A stretch of DNA of 52,198 nt, from contig CANQWZ010000001.1 in NCBI GenBank assembly GCA_947627685.1, positions 1 to 52,198 of the forward strand, written 5' to 3'. Under the pieces are notes generated by a model. It had not been told where the DNA came from and made no database searches. It worked only from the letters and a program-made list of their open reading frames with translations. The DNA comes from an uncultured Bacilli bacterium (GTDB taxonomy: Bacteria; Bacillota_I; Bacilli_A; ML615J-28; CAG-313). How positions within the stretch are numbered: the first letter of the stretch is position 1; each line of letters opens with the position of its first letter. A program made the position numbers and the translations under genes. Positions 21,601-28,599 of the stretch are shown in pieces.

Positions 21601-24600
21601 ACCTCTTTACAATAAATATATATTCACTAAATTACCTGCTAATTTAGTTGAACTTGGTGATTTAAGTGAATACACCGTTGCTAATTTAAGCGAAGATATG
21701 CATGCTCTTGCAACAAGTGCTCACGCCGTATTAACAATTAGACGTTTACCTGGTGCATTTAAAGATTATGCAGAAACAGATGAATGTGTTATCCCAGCAC
21801 AAACTATAATTAAATCATTATTCGCATTAAATTATGTACAATTAAAGAAACAAGCAATAGTTAATACAATTAATAATTATCGTCCAAGTCTAAAATTAGG
21901 TAGTCTTGATATTACTAATATTGATACTGCTTTAGATGGTGAAATTATTGCTTCAAAGGCAAAAGATATTCTAACAATCTTAGCTCAAACTGATCTTGGC
22001 GAAAATAGAAGCATTAGCCAATTAGGTAATACTCATCTTATGACATCTGTTATTGATTTATATAATGGTTTACTTGAAACACAATTATATGAAGAAGTAT
22101 CAGTATGGGCATTTAGAGCATTTGCTCAACCTGCTATGGAGGGTATTGAATACTTCGATAAACTTGTATTTACTAATGAAAAAATTCATTTAATTGGTAT
22201 CAAATTAGGTGAAACATTAGATGCTATGCTTGATATGGGCTTCTTCAGTAATGATGGTGTTGATTTCACAAATAAATCTAATACCGATCGTTTATTCGTT
22301 CTTGCAACCGATATATTCGAACCTACGGGAAGCTTCCAAAAGATAATAGATAAATTTAAAGCTAATATGGCTGAATTTGGTATTATTCCACTTTCTTATG
22401 CTAATATTGAAACAAGACCTGAATTAAGTGCTATTAAGAATGCAGCTTCAACCATCGTATCATTTGCTAAAACTTATGCTAATAAAGTTCAAGCTAATCG
22501 TTCAGTTCTTGCTGATAGTACATTCCAAGCTGATTTAACTAATTGCTTTGCTAAATTATTTGAATCTAAACTTGCTGTACAACTTGTAATGCCTATCTTT
22601 AGTGGTTCTTTAAGAATCATGACTAAGGATATCGTTGAACTTAACTTATTAGATGAAGTTACTTATGATGAATTCATGAGTCAATTCTTACCAGATGTAT
22701 ATGATTTAATTGCTGCTGTTGATAAATTAGGTCTATTAAATAGTAAGGTTAAACTTAATGATAGTGATGCTATCTTAAAAGTAGCAGATATCTTAATTCA
22801 TGCTGATTCATTCAAAGATTATACTAGTCAACTTGTTAAATTTGCAATGATTTTTGTAGGCGTTGATGCTAAGAATATTGACTTTGATAAAGTTAACTGG
22901 AATAATGAATATGATTACCTTGATGCTACTTTAGCAGTACTTAAGGAACCATTAAAGAAAGTTAACTTCTCTGATCGTAAGACTTACTTAGGTAGTGAAT
23001 TCTTAAATGCTTTAGCTGATGCTATGCCTGAATTTAAAGATTCTGAACTTATTACTTTAGTAGGTCGTCAATTAGCTGAATTTGTCGCAAATAGAATGGG
23101 TGAAGGTCGTTATGACGTATATGTAAATCATCTATTTGACGCAAGTTATACTGATGAAAAATTAAGAGCTGACTATAATGCATTACCTGATATTTTAAGA
23201 AAAGTAGCTGAATTAGACTTCTTCAACAATAAAGACATTACAAATGATAAATTTGCAATTGTTGCTGACTTACTTGAAGCAATGCTTACTCTTAACTATT
23301 CAAAAGGTATGGAAGTAGAGTTATTAGAAACTTGCTTCAAACATACTGATGTTCTTGATAGTTATGAATTAGACTTCAATGATGTAAAAGATTGGTCTAA
23401 AGAAAGCAAAGCTTTCCCTGAAGTATTACGTAAATTAGCCGCATTAGGTACAATCTCTGACTTCGATGTTGAAAAGAAAGATAATCAAATTAAGTTCCTT
23501 GATTTAGTTGATGCTATGAGCGAATCAGAAATTGGTCGCATCTTATTCCCTCAAGTTTATAAGAGTGATATAGCTCCTAAACTTGGTGAAGATTATGAAG
23601 ACTTAATTGATATTGATACTCTTGATCCAACTGAATGGCGTAGTGAATTTGAAAACTTATTCGAAATCTACAACAAAGAAAAAGCTTTCGAAAAGAAATA
23701 TGGTCCACTTGATGAAGTAGATATGAAGCAACGTGATCCTCAAGTAGACTTTGTAGACTTAGTTAAGACAATGGCTAAATCTAAGACAGGTCAAAAATTA
23801 TTCAAAGATATATATGCTAAACATATTGAAAAACCACTTTATGATCAAGTTAATGATCAATTAGGTACTGAATATCAAGATAACGATCTAATTGATTTAA
23901 CTAAAGATCCAAGTGAATGGGCAAATGAATTTAGTACTTTATTTGAAATCTTCAATAGTGCTCAAGAATTAGGTGATTTAACTAACTTAAGCATAAAAGA
24001 TAAAACTACTCAAGAGAAGTTTATTGACTTAGTTAAGACAATGGCTGGTTCTGATAAAGAAGAAGATAAGAAGAATGGTTCTGAAATGGGTCAAAAGTTA
24101 TTCAAAGATATATATGCTAAACATATCAAGGAACAACTTGAAACACAAATTGAAGAACAAGTAGGTAAGAAGCATACTGATTTAATTGAATTAGGTGCTG
24201 ACTCTACTAAGTGGTATACTGAATTCGAAAACTTATTCGATATTTATAATAGTGTAGAAGACTTAGGTGATCTAGCAAATCTTGACATGAAGAATAAAGA
24301 TATGCAAAACAAATTCGTTGCCTTAGTTGATAAGATGTCAAAAACTAAGCTTGGTCAAACATTATTACCAGATATTTATGAAGAAAAGATCGAAGCAAGA
24401 TTAGGTGAAGATTACGATGGTATCATTAATTTCGAAGATAAAGCTTTCACACCAGATATGTGGGCTAATGAATTTAAAAAATTATTTGGTATCTATGATG
24501 TATTAGTAAAAACTGAGTTTGGTAAAGATACTACTATTACAGAAGCAATTGCTATAATGCAAGGCTTATTCGGTAAGAATAAAGCTGATAAAGCAAATGG

Positions 24601-25114
24601 TATCTTTGCTATAACCAAGAATGCTACAAGCTATGAAACTTGGGTTAAGAAGATGCTTGGCAATAATATCGTTGCTTTACCTAGTGGATCTGAAATCGAT
24701 ACTGAATCAGAACGCAACTGGGAAGATGAAGCATATGCATTAATGGGTATTCTTGATGCTATGCAAGTATTTGCAACTGATGGCGGCTTTGATTATTCAA
24801 AAGCTTACGAAACAACTGATAAAGATGCATTCAAGAATGTATTGATGAACATTAATAGTTGTGTTGCAACACGCGCAAGTATGACAGAATTTATCTATAA
24901 TACTATTCATTTAGAAGGAAATGAAACATTAAAGACTTCTTTAGATACTGCTAGTGAAACAAAAGATTTAATGACAACCTTCTATAGTGATTACGAAAAG
25001 TATGAAACAGATAAGACTTATTATAATGCTTCATTCTGGACTGAAGATAATATTGATGCTTTAGCTACTGTTATTACAGGGTATAATTTATCAAAAGCAT
25101 CTCCAAGACCATAA
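12617..25114 (+). CDS. giant (4165 aa) membrane-anchored acidic repeat protein; CvpA-like N-terminal TM domain; no family recognised for the remainder
   Basis: Uninterrupted ORF with its own promoter and terminator. The first ~230 aa contain four hydrophobic segments (LFALWGFLGGLKRELWCIAVFIVLL.. resembles CvpA) and a K/R-rich loop. The rest is D/E/L/V/K-rich with periodic motifs. Confidence 0.9.
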   Translation: MDFNQILLLAGLGLLLVVVLFALWGFLGGLKRELWCIAVFIVLLVITWAVFGDAATILNAKAGQSIAQLLQLQNSNAVTVWDAVLEFAKANIPNGEALLVEGKETYTLFYGIASTVCHAVGLIVGTIAILIICPIIRLISHFVILIVKAIKKSKAKKKPAVETTDEGEEKRDMVVIQKAKQTEEGVIVKDENEIEKKPAGKRRLWGALAGALKGVFVIILICAPLSGLASILTTFTPETKELVKDAVNGEVKVNVAETDDDPIDMVFEFADAYNDSALGKFANGSSFFFGESFSEKLFDQLFKLKTRNQVIYLSDEIKVFIEAANQLEGNLDFTKVTREQYRAVLETLKDSKLPAELMPVVIEYAYEMQEVKDLLAESGQELKFLNLRYNNWKGDIDLVLDALKEAYDLGIFPVADFNYLTMDPDELKDVTTALGKTEFMHDGYPIAVAVLLHLEQVKAQIGDVEISDLGQLDISKELDTIVEIYRTFQQLGIETFEGFDFDAFVKEVLADDTKLDVVFDMVHSILDLQVARKVAIPVAFGFARTNEKFQELLKNANVTDDFMALETQITLDDLSVYVDAVKVALDLVDFSEFPTIKFDFFHLDPDTLDGVIAKMFDTNVTNKVIPIALKIVLALDAVKNQVGDIFDDVDLDNIIWRNEFETLADIYREFLKLGFESTEDFKVDTIDLIQSLIEDEAKYDAVLQILTLIVDTQLYDRLAVPSMQHFLDKFITDKAYDAFSNIVDLSSITKDEWKEDLATILDSVKLINELKVLDNLNPFDYKALDITSHEGVEKIKKLISNIFKLNILGDDELKTALLVASIKQFGWTSISDDIINGIESWNIDWSNEENVLLQLVDVYENVVNLEEFDIKNLDQVDWVALLDSDEFLNYVVDALETVVESDIVLEVLPGLLDKYLLPRLEGIESVDDETLFKDMFSHLQSEELVNELIKLIDVVRDAVDMHLLGAKSVSDIDFSNTDALKGIISGIFDSKLIQGFEGRIIRILLKVSKVLDIEKDTPLYQELVELDYTGEKEALLAFVDAIAPALKDPNFTILDEDGKFNVNLKFWQENKNAKALLDGFKALLGSYPDNDEASSKLIEALLPSIYDKYVEDKNLIPEDFIAIVDELDIANASGATLTAAIRRLLYVADRVIDLNALALIDNGDMEISTIKAVNAYNDILDALHDIELFRGHEAKVLAWGVNYLAKTLKVEIDEVTDEFNNVEWLAQKEVYKDIINDAATFLRKNNIFTYKDLLAFVTDKKYNTPEFITSSNASDLLDILDKLVDVQVIDAIVPLATKYGINLLNDKATIDLSYVLDFTNAEINHDFHKIIATLHKLVEDANIVEYYNTKFDGEMPLPDEEVVKSLVDDIFELNIVAKADGRLAKVIYDKVMTLPNMDKEFLTFDDFKFFVVDWNSEKEVLKELIGLVYDFAEVNNIETMTSVQRFFKEKWYNEPAILRDETGHIVANAVRVLSNSQIVYNVIVKLYTKGIDTLNDNKQFKLPFDLSYLRSMSAPDLVSDLNVLADILDKVVDFGIMTYLAEGDMRDMDLNLLAEAIEKLAETKIMQQNGKRLFGDLYNYGLTYAENVTHGKFVLSEEQIDMIDYQHEIYVLADVVRSLQGLIDAKNIDYLSDIFDLVDDLRINATYKNKDFYDEATYEALAEVAREVSNLQLLEIAAPQLINHVLKFAEQNKVDLSFIDTDEYTGVMFVEDIRTVLDIAKYGYDFGVIDYIFDKTLYSLEADVLCDMLDYVPELNLVKLYFNKLVYTGVKAGLDALKVDVSVTEEMFADIDARAEVKELQDVVMTLKALLVEKDVITLDNLLDFVKGNYPANNYKSEAFYDVETGTALENILTEVVDLETVKVLLPSLLNYGVDKVTKVDLSFLKDSFTKEQLASDVKNVAKLIVPAIEAELVGVIFGKDINEVELHFDTYHEILDAIKNLNVVAMKYGEFISLGVNEAYKKLNSAERVDASMFSGVVLEDEVAALHNALNSAEELAQTLAVNSVYDVRKVVTDLVQNKGYKDTKYVNKENAHLALDVVDSLLDLETVKVILPGATSHGTEYLYQVKNIDVRFLAEELTGIELVEDVDSIVLTLRDLVDYGMLEFVLLDEAIDLSDITPINDAIDRLAHLNILDGHHAEVVYSVLDKLGIDRTGIDLSDVNLDDEIASVQNILDKAKDVLAKEGLNTLSAIKNLKVDYKKYVKLSDDTYDYIDVFVPLIKALAADQLVEKLVLPVSEKYLAKVDPKYNGLVDIYNIYEDGKQVTSDLVDLADLLVELKNLDFVSFVLHDDNYPYEKTEVVSRIIKLVFNLNYFNVSDTRLNEFIKAIDQFVSADLSSIDATGVDLKADADKFAKMYEYLSVVLLDENFPIKNKNDVKQVKFEAKLFKSGLVQENLVDAMLEFMETTVFDKVGPQLVMLTFPLVEKHAKDYYDVLDLANVDVDMVSHDLTLVQDILKRLDNIDLVKLDETGEYLCQDTNDLINLVIDKMTESQILANHGNDLFDLVMNKYVNGKTIGSAVIPTGTITSTGVDFVKDSKVYKQIVDEVFAYLNNESINTIKEFKDFINDFKTSTATLKEVVVNRILADEKNMETIATIIDLVTQLTMVEVNGLSVMNNIVNPLLPSNIAPAFDFAQYTDQEFADDLKSVAKLLRQMNEFGISAFVRNEDINYDQADLVKKMIDNVVSTNYLRYNLYQFIDFVDELNVLPIKLQDLKTNEFDYKGDALIIGEVYEEMLPFLTSEANPLTNKAAIKDLIVNKHVNISIRQALKENKAAVLNAYDELVEMSALPLLFNEMIDFGRRSVPERYQSVFDAMKLDLSMAEKKADIKATSTILRMVVDLELYTLATQKDYNFAGDVISTLNNKETSMSKIDLINMLVEEVYSLNVLQNRDKFVIGILNALDADTTEVDLSGVDWDNELDQLQVIIKDTLQVLLQYDLVSVQAVKDYILDLRNLKTYNAIVDELKAIWHKVEISLSVDVLDALDASDVFDQIFKPLYNKYIFTKLPANLVELGDLSEYTVANLSEDMHALATSAHAVLTIRRLPGAFKDYAETDECVIPAQTIIKSLFALNYVQLKKQAIVNTINNYRPSLKLGSLDITNIDTALDGEIIASKAKDILTILAQTDLGENRSISQLGNTHLMTSVIDLYNGLLETQLYEEVSVWAFRAFAQPAMEGIEYFDKLVFTNEKIHLIGIKLGETLDAMLDMGFFSNDGVDFTNKSNTDRLFVLATDIFEPTGSFQKIIDKFKANMAEFGIIPLSYANIETRPELSAIKNAASTIVSFAKTYANKVQANRSVLADSTFQADLTNCFAKLFESKLAVQLVMPIFSGSLRIMTKDIVELNLLDEVTYDEFMSQFLPDVYDLIAAVDKLGLLNSKVKLNDSDAILKVADILIHADSFKDYTSQLVKFAMIFVGVDAKNIDFDKVNWNNEYDYLDATLAVLKEPLKKVNFSDRKTYLGSEFLNALADAMPEFKDSELITLVGRQLAEFVANRMGEGRYDVYVNHLFDASYTDEKLRADYNALPDILRKVAELDFFNNKDITNDKFAIVADLLEAMLTLNYSKGMEVELLETCFKHTDVLDSYELDFNDVKDWSKESKAFPEVLRKLAALGTISDFDVEKKDNQIKFLDLVDAMSESEIGRILFPQVYKSDIAPKLGEDYEDLIDIDTLDPTEWRSEFENLFEIYNKEKAFEKKYGPLDEVDMKQRDPQVDFVDLVKTMAKSKTGQKLFKDIYAKHIEKPLYDQVNDQLGTEYQDNDLIDLTKDPSEWANEFSTLFEIFNSAQELGDLTNLSIKDKTTQEKFIDLVKTMAGSDKEEDKKNGSEMGQKLFKDIYAKHIKEQLETQIEEQVGKKHTDLIELGADSTKWYTEFENLFDIYNSVEDLGDLANLDMKNKDMQNKFVALVDKMSKTKLGQTLLPDIYEEKIEARLGEDYDGIINFEDKAFTPDMWANEFKKLFGIYDVLVKTEFGKDTTITEAIAIMQGLFGKNKADKANGIFAITKNATSYETWVKKMLGNNIVALPSGSEIDTESERNWEDEAYALMGILDAMQVFATDGGFDYSKAYETTDKDAFKNVLMNINSCVATRASMTEFIYNTIHLEGNETLKTSLDTASETKDLMTTFYSDYEKYETDKTYYNASFWTEDNIDALATVITGYNLSKASPRP
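16286..21926 (+). repeat. degenerate in-frame repeat modules, about 183-195 aa (549-585 nt) period, inside the giant ORF
   Basis: The register marker D-[W/Y/F/L/A/T]-x-x-E/D-x3-L falls at 16286, 16856, 17429, 17993, 18554, 19103, 19652, 20213, 20777, 21362 and 21926. A second helix with a conserved Pro lies about 70-74 aa later in several units (Pro codons at 16496, 17651, 18215, 18776, 19319). Confidence 0.7.
23492..24520 (+). repeat. four tandem 85-98 aa repeats near the C-terminus of the giant ORF
   Basis: Units start with KFLDLVDAM (23492), DFVDLVKTM (23747), KFIDLVKTM (24017) and KFVALVDKM (24311). Each ends with a D-P/S-x-x-W-x-x-E-F-x-x-L-F-x-I-[YF] motif. Units 2 and 3 share identical DNA runs (gacttagttaagacaatggct; ttattcaaagatatatatgctaaacatat). 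Confidence 0.85.
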
Positions 25115-25128
25115 GGCTTAACAATTTA

Positions 25129-25157
25129 GGATAAGAGAAATTCTCTTATCCTTTTTG
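25129..25157 (+). terminator. intrinsic terminator of the giant ORF
   Basis: GGATAAGAG / CTCTTATCC 9-bp stem, 5-nt loop, then TTTTTG. Confidence 0.8.
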
Positions 25158-25170
25158 TATTGTTAATGGT

Positions 25171-25199
25171 TTGACTTTTTATAAATAATTTGTTATAAT
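25171..25199 (+). promoter_or_regulatory. promoter of rpmE
   Basis: TTGACT (25171-25176), 17-nt spacer, TGt-TATAAT (25194-25199). Confidence 0.6.
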
Positions 25200-25261
25200 A
25201 TATTAGGTTAACTTACTATGATTTAATTGTAACCAAATCATGGCGGAAGGAGAGCTTAAAT

Positions 25262-25480
25262 ATGCGTGAAGGAATACATCCAAAATATCAAAAAGTAACA
25301 GTAACTTGTGTATCATGTGGTAATACTTTTGAAACAGGTTCTACAAAAGCAGAAATTCGTGTTGATACTTGTTCAAAATGTCATCCTTTTTATACAGGTG
25401 AACAAAAATTTGTTCAAGCAGCTGGTAGAATTGATAAATTCAATAAGCGTGCAAGTCTTGCTCAAAATAAACAAAAGTAA
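25262..25480 (+). CDS. rpmE: 50S ribosomal protein L31 (type A, zinc-binding)
   Basis: [28 protein letters not shown]...[10 protein letters not shown], with a CxxC...CxxC pattern. 72 aa. Confidence 0.97.
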   Translation: MREGIHPKYQKVTVTCVSCGNTFETGSTKAEIRVDTCSKCHPFYTGEQKFVQAAGRIDKFNKRASLAQNKQK

Positions 25481-25481
25481 G

Positions 25482-25513
25482 AGTATATATGATAATTCAT
25501 ATATACTTTTTTC
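25482..25513 (+). terminator. intrinsic terminator of rpmE
   Basis: AGTATATATG / CATATATACT stem, 6-nt loop, then T6. Confidence 0.75.
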
Positions 25514-25578
25514 TTATTTTGCAATATCTATTCTTTTTAGTTACAATTATGATATAATAAATAAAAAAGGTGATTATG

Positions 25579-27348
25579 ATGCTTGTAACCCTTAACAATG
25601 TTGATGTTAGATATCTTGATAAAAATATTTTTTCTAATGCTTCATTTACTATTAATGAAAAAGATAAAATTGGTATAGTTGGCCCTAATGGTATTGGTAA
25701 AACAACTTTATTAAAATTAATAGTTGGTATAATTGATCCTTATAAGGGAGAAATCTTTAGAAAAAAAGATTTGAAAATAGCCTATTTATCGCAAGATATT
25801 AATTTAGATGAAAATAAAACCATTTGGGAGGAAATTCTTAGTAAAACCAAAGCAGAAAATACTTTTTCAGTAAAAAGCATTCTTTCAAAACTTGGTTTAA
25901 ATGATTATGATGAAAAAATACAAACCTTATCAGGAGGGAAGAAAAGAAGATTAGCCTTAGCTACTACGCTTCTTAACCAAAGTGATTTGTTAATTTTAGA
26001 TGAACCAACCAATCATTTAGATATTTGGATGATTAACTGGTTAGAACAATTTTTAATTAAATGGCATAAGGCTTTACTACTTGTTACCCATGATCGATAT
26101 TTTTTAGAACGAATTACTAATAAAACTCTTGATATTGAAAATGGTAACCTTTATTTATATAATGTAAATTATACCTCTTACTTACCCCTTAAAGAAGAAC
26201 GTTTTGATGCTATGCTTGCTAGTAGTAGAAAACTGAAGGCGCTTTTTAAGAAAGAAGCTGTTTGGGCTAAGTTAAACCCTCAGGCTCGTTCTACTAAATC
26301 AAAAGAACGTCTAATGCGTTTTAAAACTTTAGAAATAGAGTTATCTAGATTAGATACATCTATTAGCCAAATAAGCCACGAAATGGCCTTTTCTTCGCAT
26401 TTTTCTAGACTTGGTGGGAAAACTATCATCATTGATAAGATATCTTTGGGCTTTGATGATAAAATTTTGTTTAAAGACTTTTCCTATATAATTACAAAGT
26501 ATGATCGTTTAGGAATAGTAGGCGAAAATGGCAGTGGTAAAACCAGCCTTTTTAAGACTATTTTAGGACAAATTTTACCAAATAGTGGTAGTATTACTAT
26601 AGGTGATACCGTTAAAATAGGTTACTTAAAACAAGAAGATAAATTGCTAAATACGAATAAAACCGTCATAAATTATTTAAAAGAATTTGGCGGTCATCTT
26701 GATACTATGAATGGCACGATAGATATAAATAATCTTTTAGAAGATTTTTTCTTTGATAAAACTAAAAAATACATGCCTATATCAACTCTTTCTGGTGGAG
26801 AAAAAAGAAGATTACAACTATTAAGTATTCTAATTGGTAATCCTAATATTTTGTTTTTAGATGAACCTACCAATGATTTAGATATATATACTATTGAACA
26901 ATTAGAAAACTATTTAGAAAACTTTAAAGGTGCTGTAGTAGTTATTTCCCATGATCGATATTTTTTAGATAAAGTCATTAATCATGCTTTTATTTTAGAA
27001 GATAAACACTTCATTGAATATACGGGACTTATTAGTGAATATGTAAAAAATAAAGAGCTTCCTAAAAACAAAGAAGCATCAAAAATAAAAAAGGAAAGCC
27101 CTAGTATTCCTTTCTTTACTTCAAAAGAGAAAAAAGAATTTAATGAACTTGAAACAAACATCATGGCTATGGAAGCAAAGCTTAAAAAACTAAAAGATGA
27201 TACATATCTATGTGGAACTGATTACCAAAAATTAATGGCTTTAGATAAAGAAATCAAAGAGTTTCAAGAATCAATTGATAAGATGTATGAAAGATATGAA
27301 TATTTAAATAATATAAACGATGAAATACAAAAGTATAAAAAATATTAA
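25579..27348 (+). CDS. ABC-F family ATPase (two ABC cassettes, no TM domain, C-terminal coiled coil)
   Basis: Walker A motifs GPNGIGKTT and GENGSGKTS. Signatures LSGGKKRRL and LSGGEKRRL. Walker B motifs LILDEPTNHLD and LFLDEPTNDLD. Start chosen 5 nt after SD AAAGGTGA; alternatives are 25570 and 25576. Confidence 0.9.
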   Translation: MLVTLNNVDVRYLDKNIFSNASFTINEKDKIGIVGPNGIGKTTLLKLIVGIIDPYKGEIFRKKDLKIAYLSQDINLDENKTIWEEILSKTKAENTFSVKSILSKLGLNDYDEKIQTLSGGKKRRLALATTLLNQSDLLILDEPTNHLDIWMINWLEQFLIKWHKALLLVTHDRYFLERITNKTLDIENGNLYLYNVNYTSYLPLKEERFDAMLASSRKLKALFKKEAVWAKLNPQARSTKSKERLMRFKTLEIELSRLDTSISQISHEMAFSSHFSRLGGKTIIIDKISLGFDDKILFKDFSYIITKYDRLGIVGENGSGKTSLFKTILGQILPNSGSITIGDTVKIGYLKQEDKLLNTNKTVINYLKEFGGHLDTMNGTIDINNLLEDFFFDKTKKYMPISTLSGGEKRRLQLLSILIGNPNILFLDEPTNDLDIYTIEQLENYLENFKGAVVVISHDRYFLDKVINHAFILEDKHFIEYTGLISEYVKNKELPKNKEASKIKKESPSIPFFTSKEKKEFNELETNIMAMEAKLKKLKDDTYLCGTDYQKLMALDKEIKEFQESIDKMYERYEYLNNINDEIQKYKKY

Positions 27349-27359
27349 GGAGACATGTT

Positions 27360-28598
27360 ATGGATAATAAAGAAATTATGTTAGAAAAACTAGCTGAAGT
27401 AGCCGTTAGAGTAGGTGCTAATGTTCAAAAGGATCAAATAGTTTTAATTAGCTCACCACTTCATGCTTATCCTTTAGTTAAGTTAATTCAAAAAAAGGCA
27501 TATAGTATAGGTGCTAAAAAAGTCTATGTTGATTGGTATGATGATGAACTAGATAGAAATTATTATACTTTCGCTAAAGAAAAAACTTTAGAAGAGGTTC
27601 CTGATTGGCAAATTGCTAAAAGAAAATATTTTGTTGATAATAATACATGTAGAATATCGATAGATTCTACTAATCCAAACGCAATGCAAGGTATTGATTT
27701 GCGAAAAGTAATGTGTGCAAATAAAGCCATTGGTAAAAAAATGAAATTTTGGCGTGATCATTATAGTGCTAGTAAATCGCAATGGACCATTATTGCCTAT
27801 CCAAGTGATGAATGGAGCCAAAGTGTTTTTAAAGATTTGCAAGCTAGTGATGCATGGGATAAACTTTTTGATGCTATCATGTATACATCAAGAATAACCC
27901 CTGATAACAACCCAATAGAAGATTGGTACAAACACACGAAAAGCCTTGAAAAACGTAGTAAAATAATGAATGAATATCACTTTAAGAGTCTACATTTTCA
28001 AAATAGTTTAGGTACTAATTTAGATATAGAATTAGTAAATAATCATATTTGGGCAGGTGGTGGTGAAATGAGCGCAAACGGAGTGTATTTTGTTCCTAAT
28101 ATACCTACGGAAGAAATATTTACAATGCCTCATAAGGATAAAGTAAATGGTAAAGTAGTAAGCACCAAACCACTTAACTATCAAGGCAGTTTAATTAAAG
28201 ATTTTTATTTAGTATTTAAAGATGGTAAAGTAGTAGATTATAATGCCAAAGAAGGGTTTGATGCCTTAAAAAGTTTAATTGAACTAGATGAGGGCTCTTC
28301 TAGACTTGGTGAAGTTGCATTAATTTCTTATGATTCACCTATTTCTAATTTAAACATTTTATTTAATGATACCTTGTTTGATGAAAATGCCTCTTGCCAC
28401 TTAGCTTTAGGTGATGCCTATCCAATGAATGTATTAAATGGTACTACGATGAAGAAAAAAGAATTATCATCACTTGGTGCTAATAGTTCTATTACACATG
28501 TCGATTTTATGTTTGGTAGTAGTGATATGGAAATTACCGGTACTACTTTAGATAATCAAAAAGTAACAATTTTTAAGAAAGGAAATTTTGTTTTTTAA
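27360..28598 (+). CDS. pepS: aminopeptidase, M29 family (PepS/AmpS type)
   Basis: Length (412 aa) and conserved blocks (LAEVAVRVGANVQKDQ.., EIFTMPH, GEVALI, HLALGDAYP, THVDFMFG) are typical of M29. Confidence 0.8.
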   Translation: MDNKEIMLEKLAEVAVRVGANVQKDQIVLISSPLHAYPLVKLIQKKAYSIGAKKVYVDWYDDELDRNYYTFAKEKTLEEVPDWQIAKRKYFVDNNTCRISIDSTNPNAMQGIDLRKVMCANKAIGKKMKFWRDHYSASKSQWTIIAYPSDEWSQSVFKDLQASDAWDKLFDAIMYTSRITPDNNPIEDWYKHTKSLEKRSKIMNEYHFKSLHFQNSLGTNLDIELVNNHIWAGGGEMSANGVYFVPNIPTEEIFTMPHKDKVNGKVVSTKPLNYQGSLIKDFYLVFKDGKVVDYNAKEGFDALKSLIELDEGSSRLGEVALISYDSPISNLNILFNDTLFDENASCHLALGDAYPMNVLNGTTMKKKELSSLGANSSITHVDFMFGSSDMEITGTTLDNQKVTIFKKGNFVF

Positions 28599-28599
28599 A

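Noticed and set aside
25308-25595. 95-aa ORF overlapping rpmE and its terminator.
   Set aside because: It runs through the rpmE terminator hairpin and the ABC-F promoter region, has no SD, and the alternative frame encodes a well-conserved L31.
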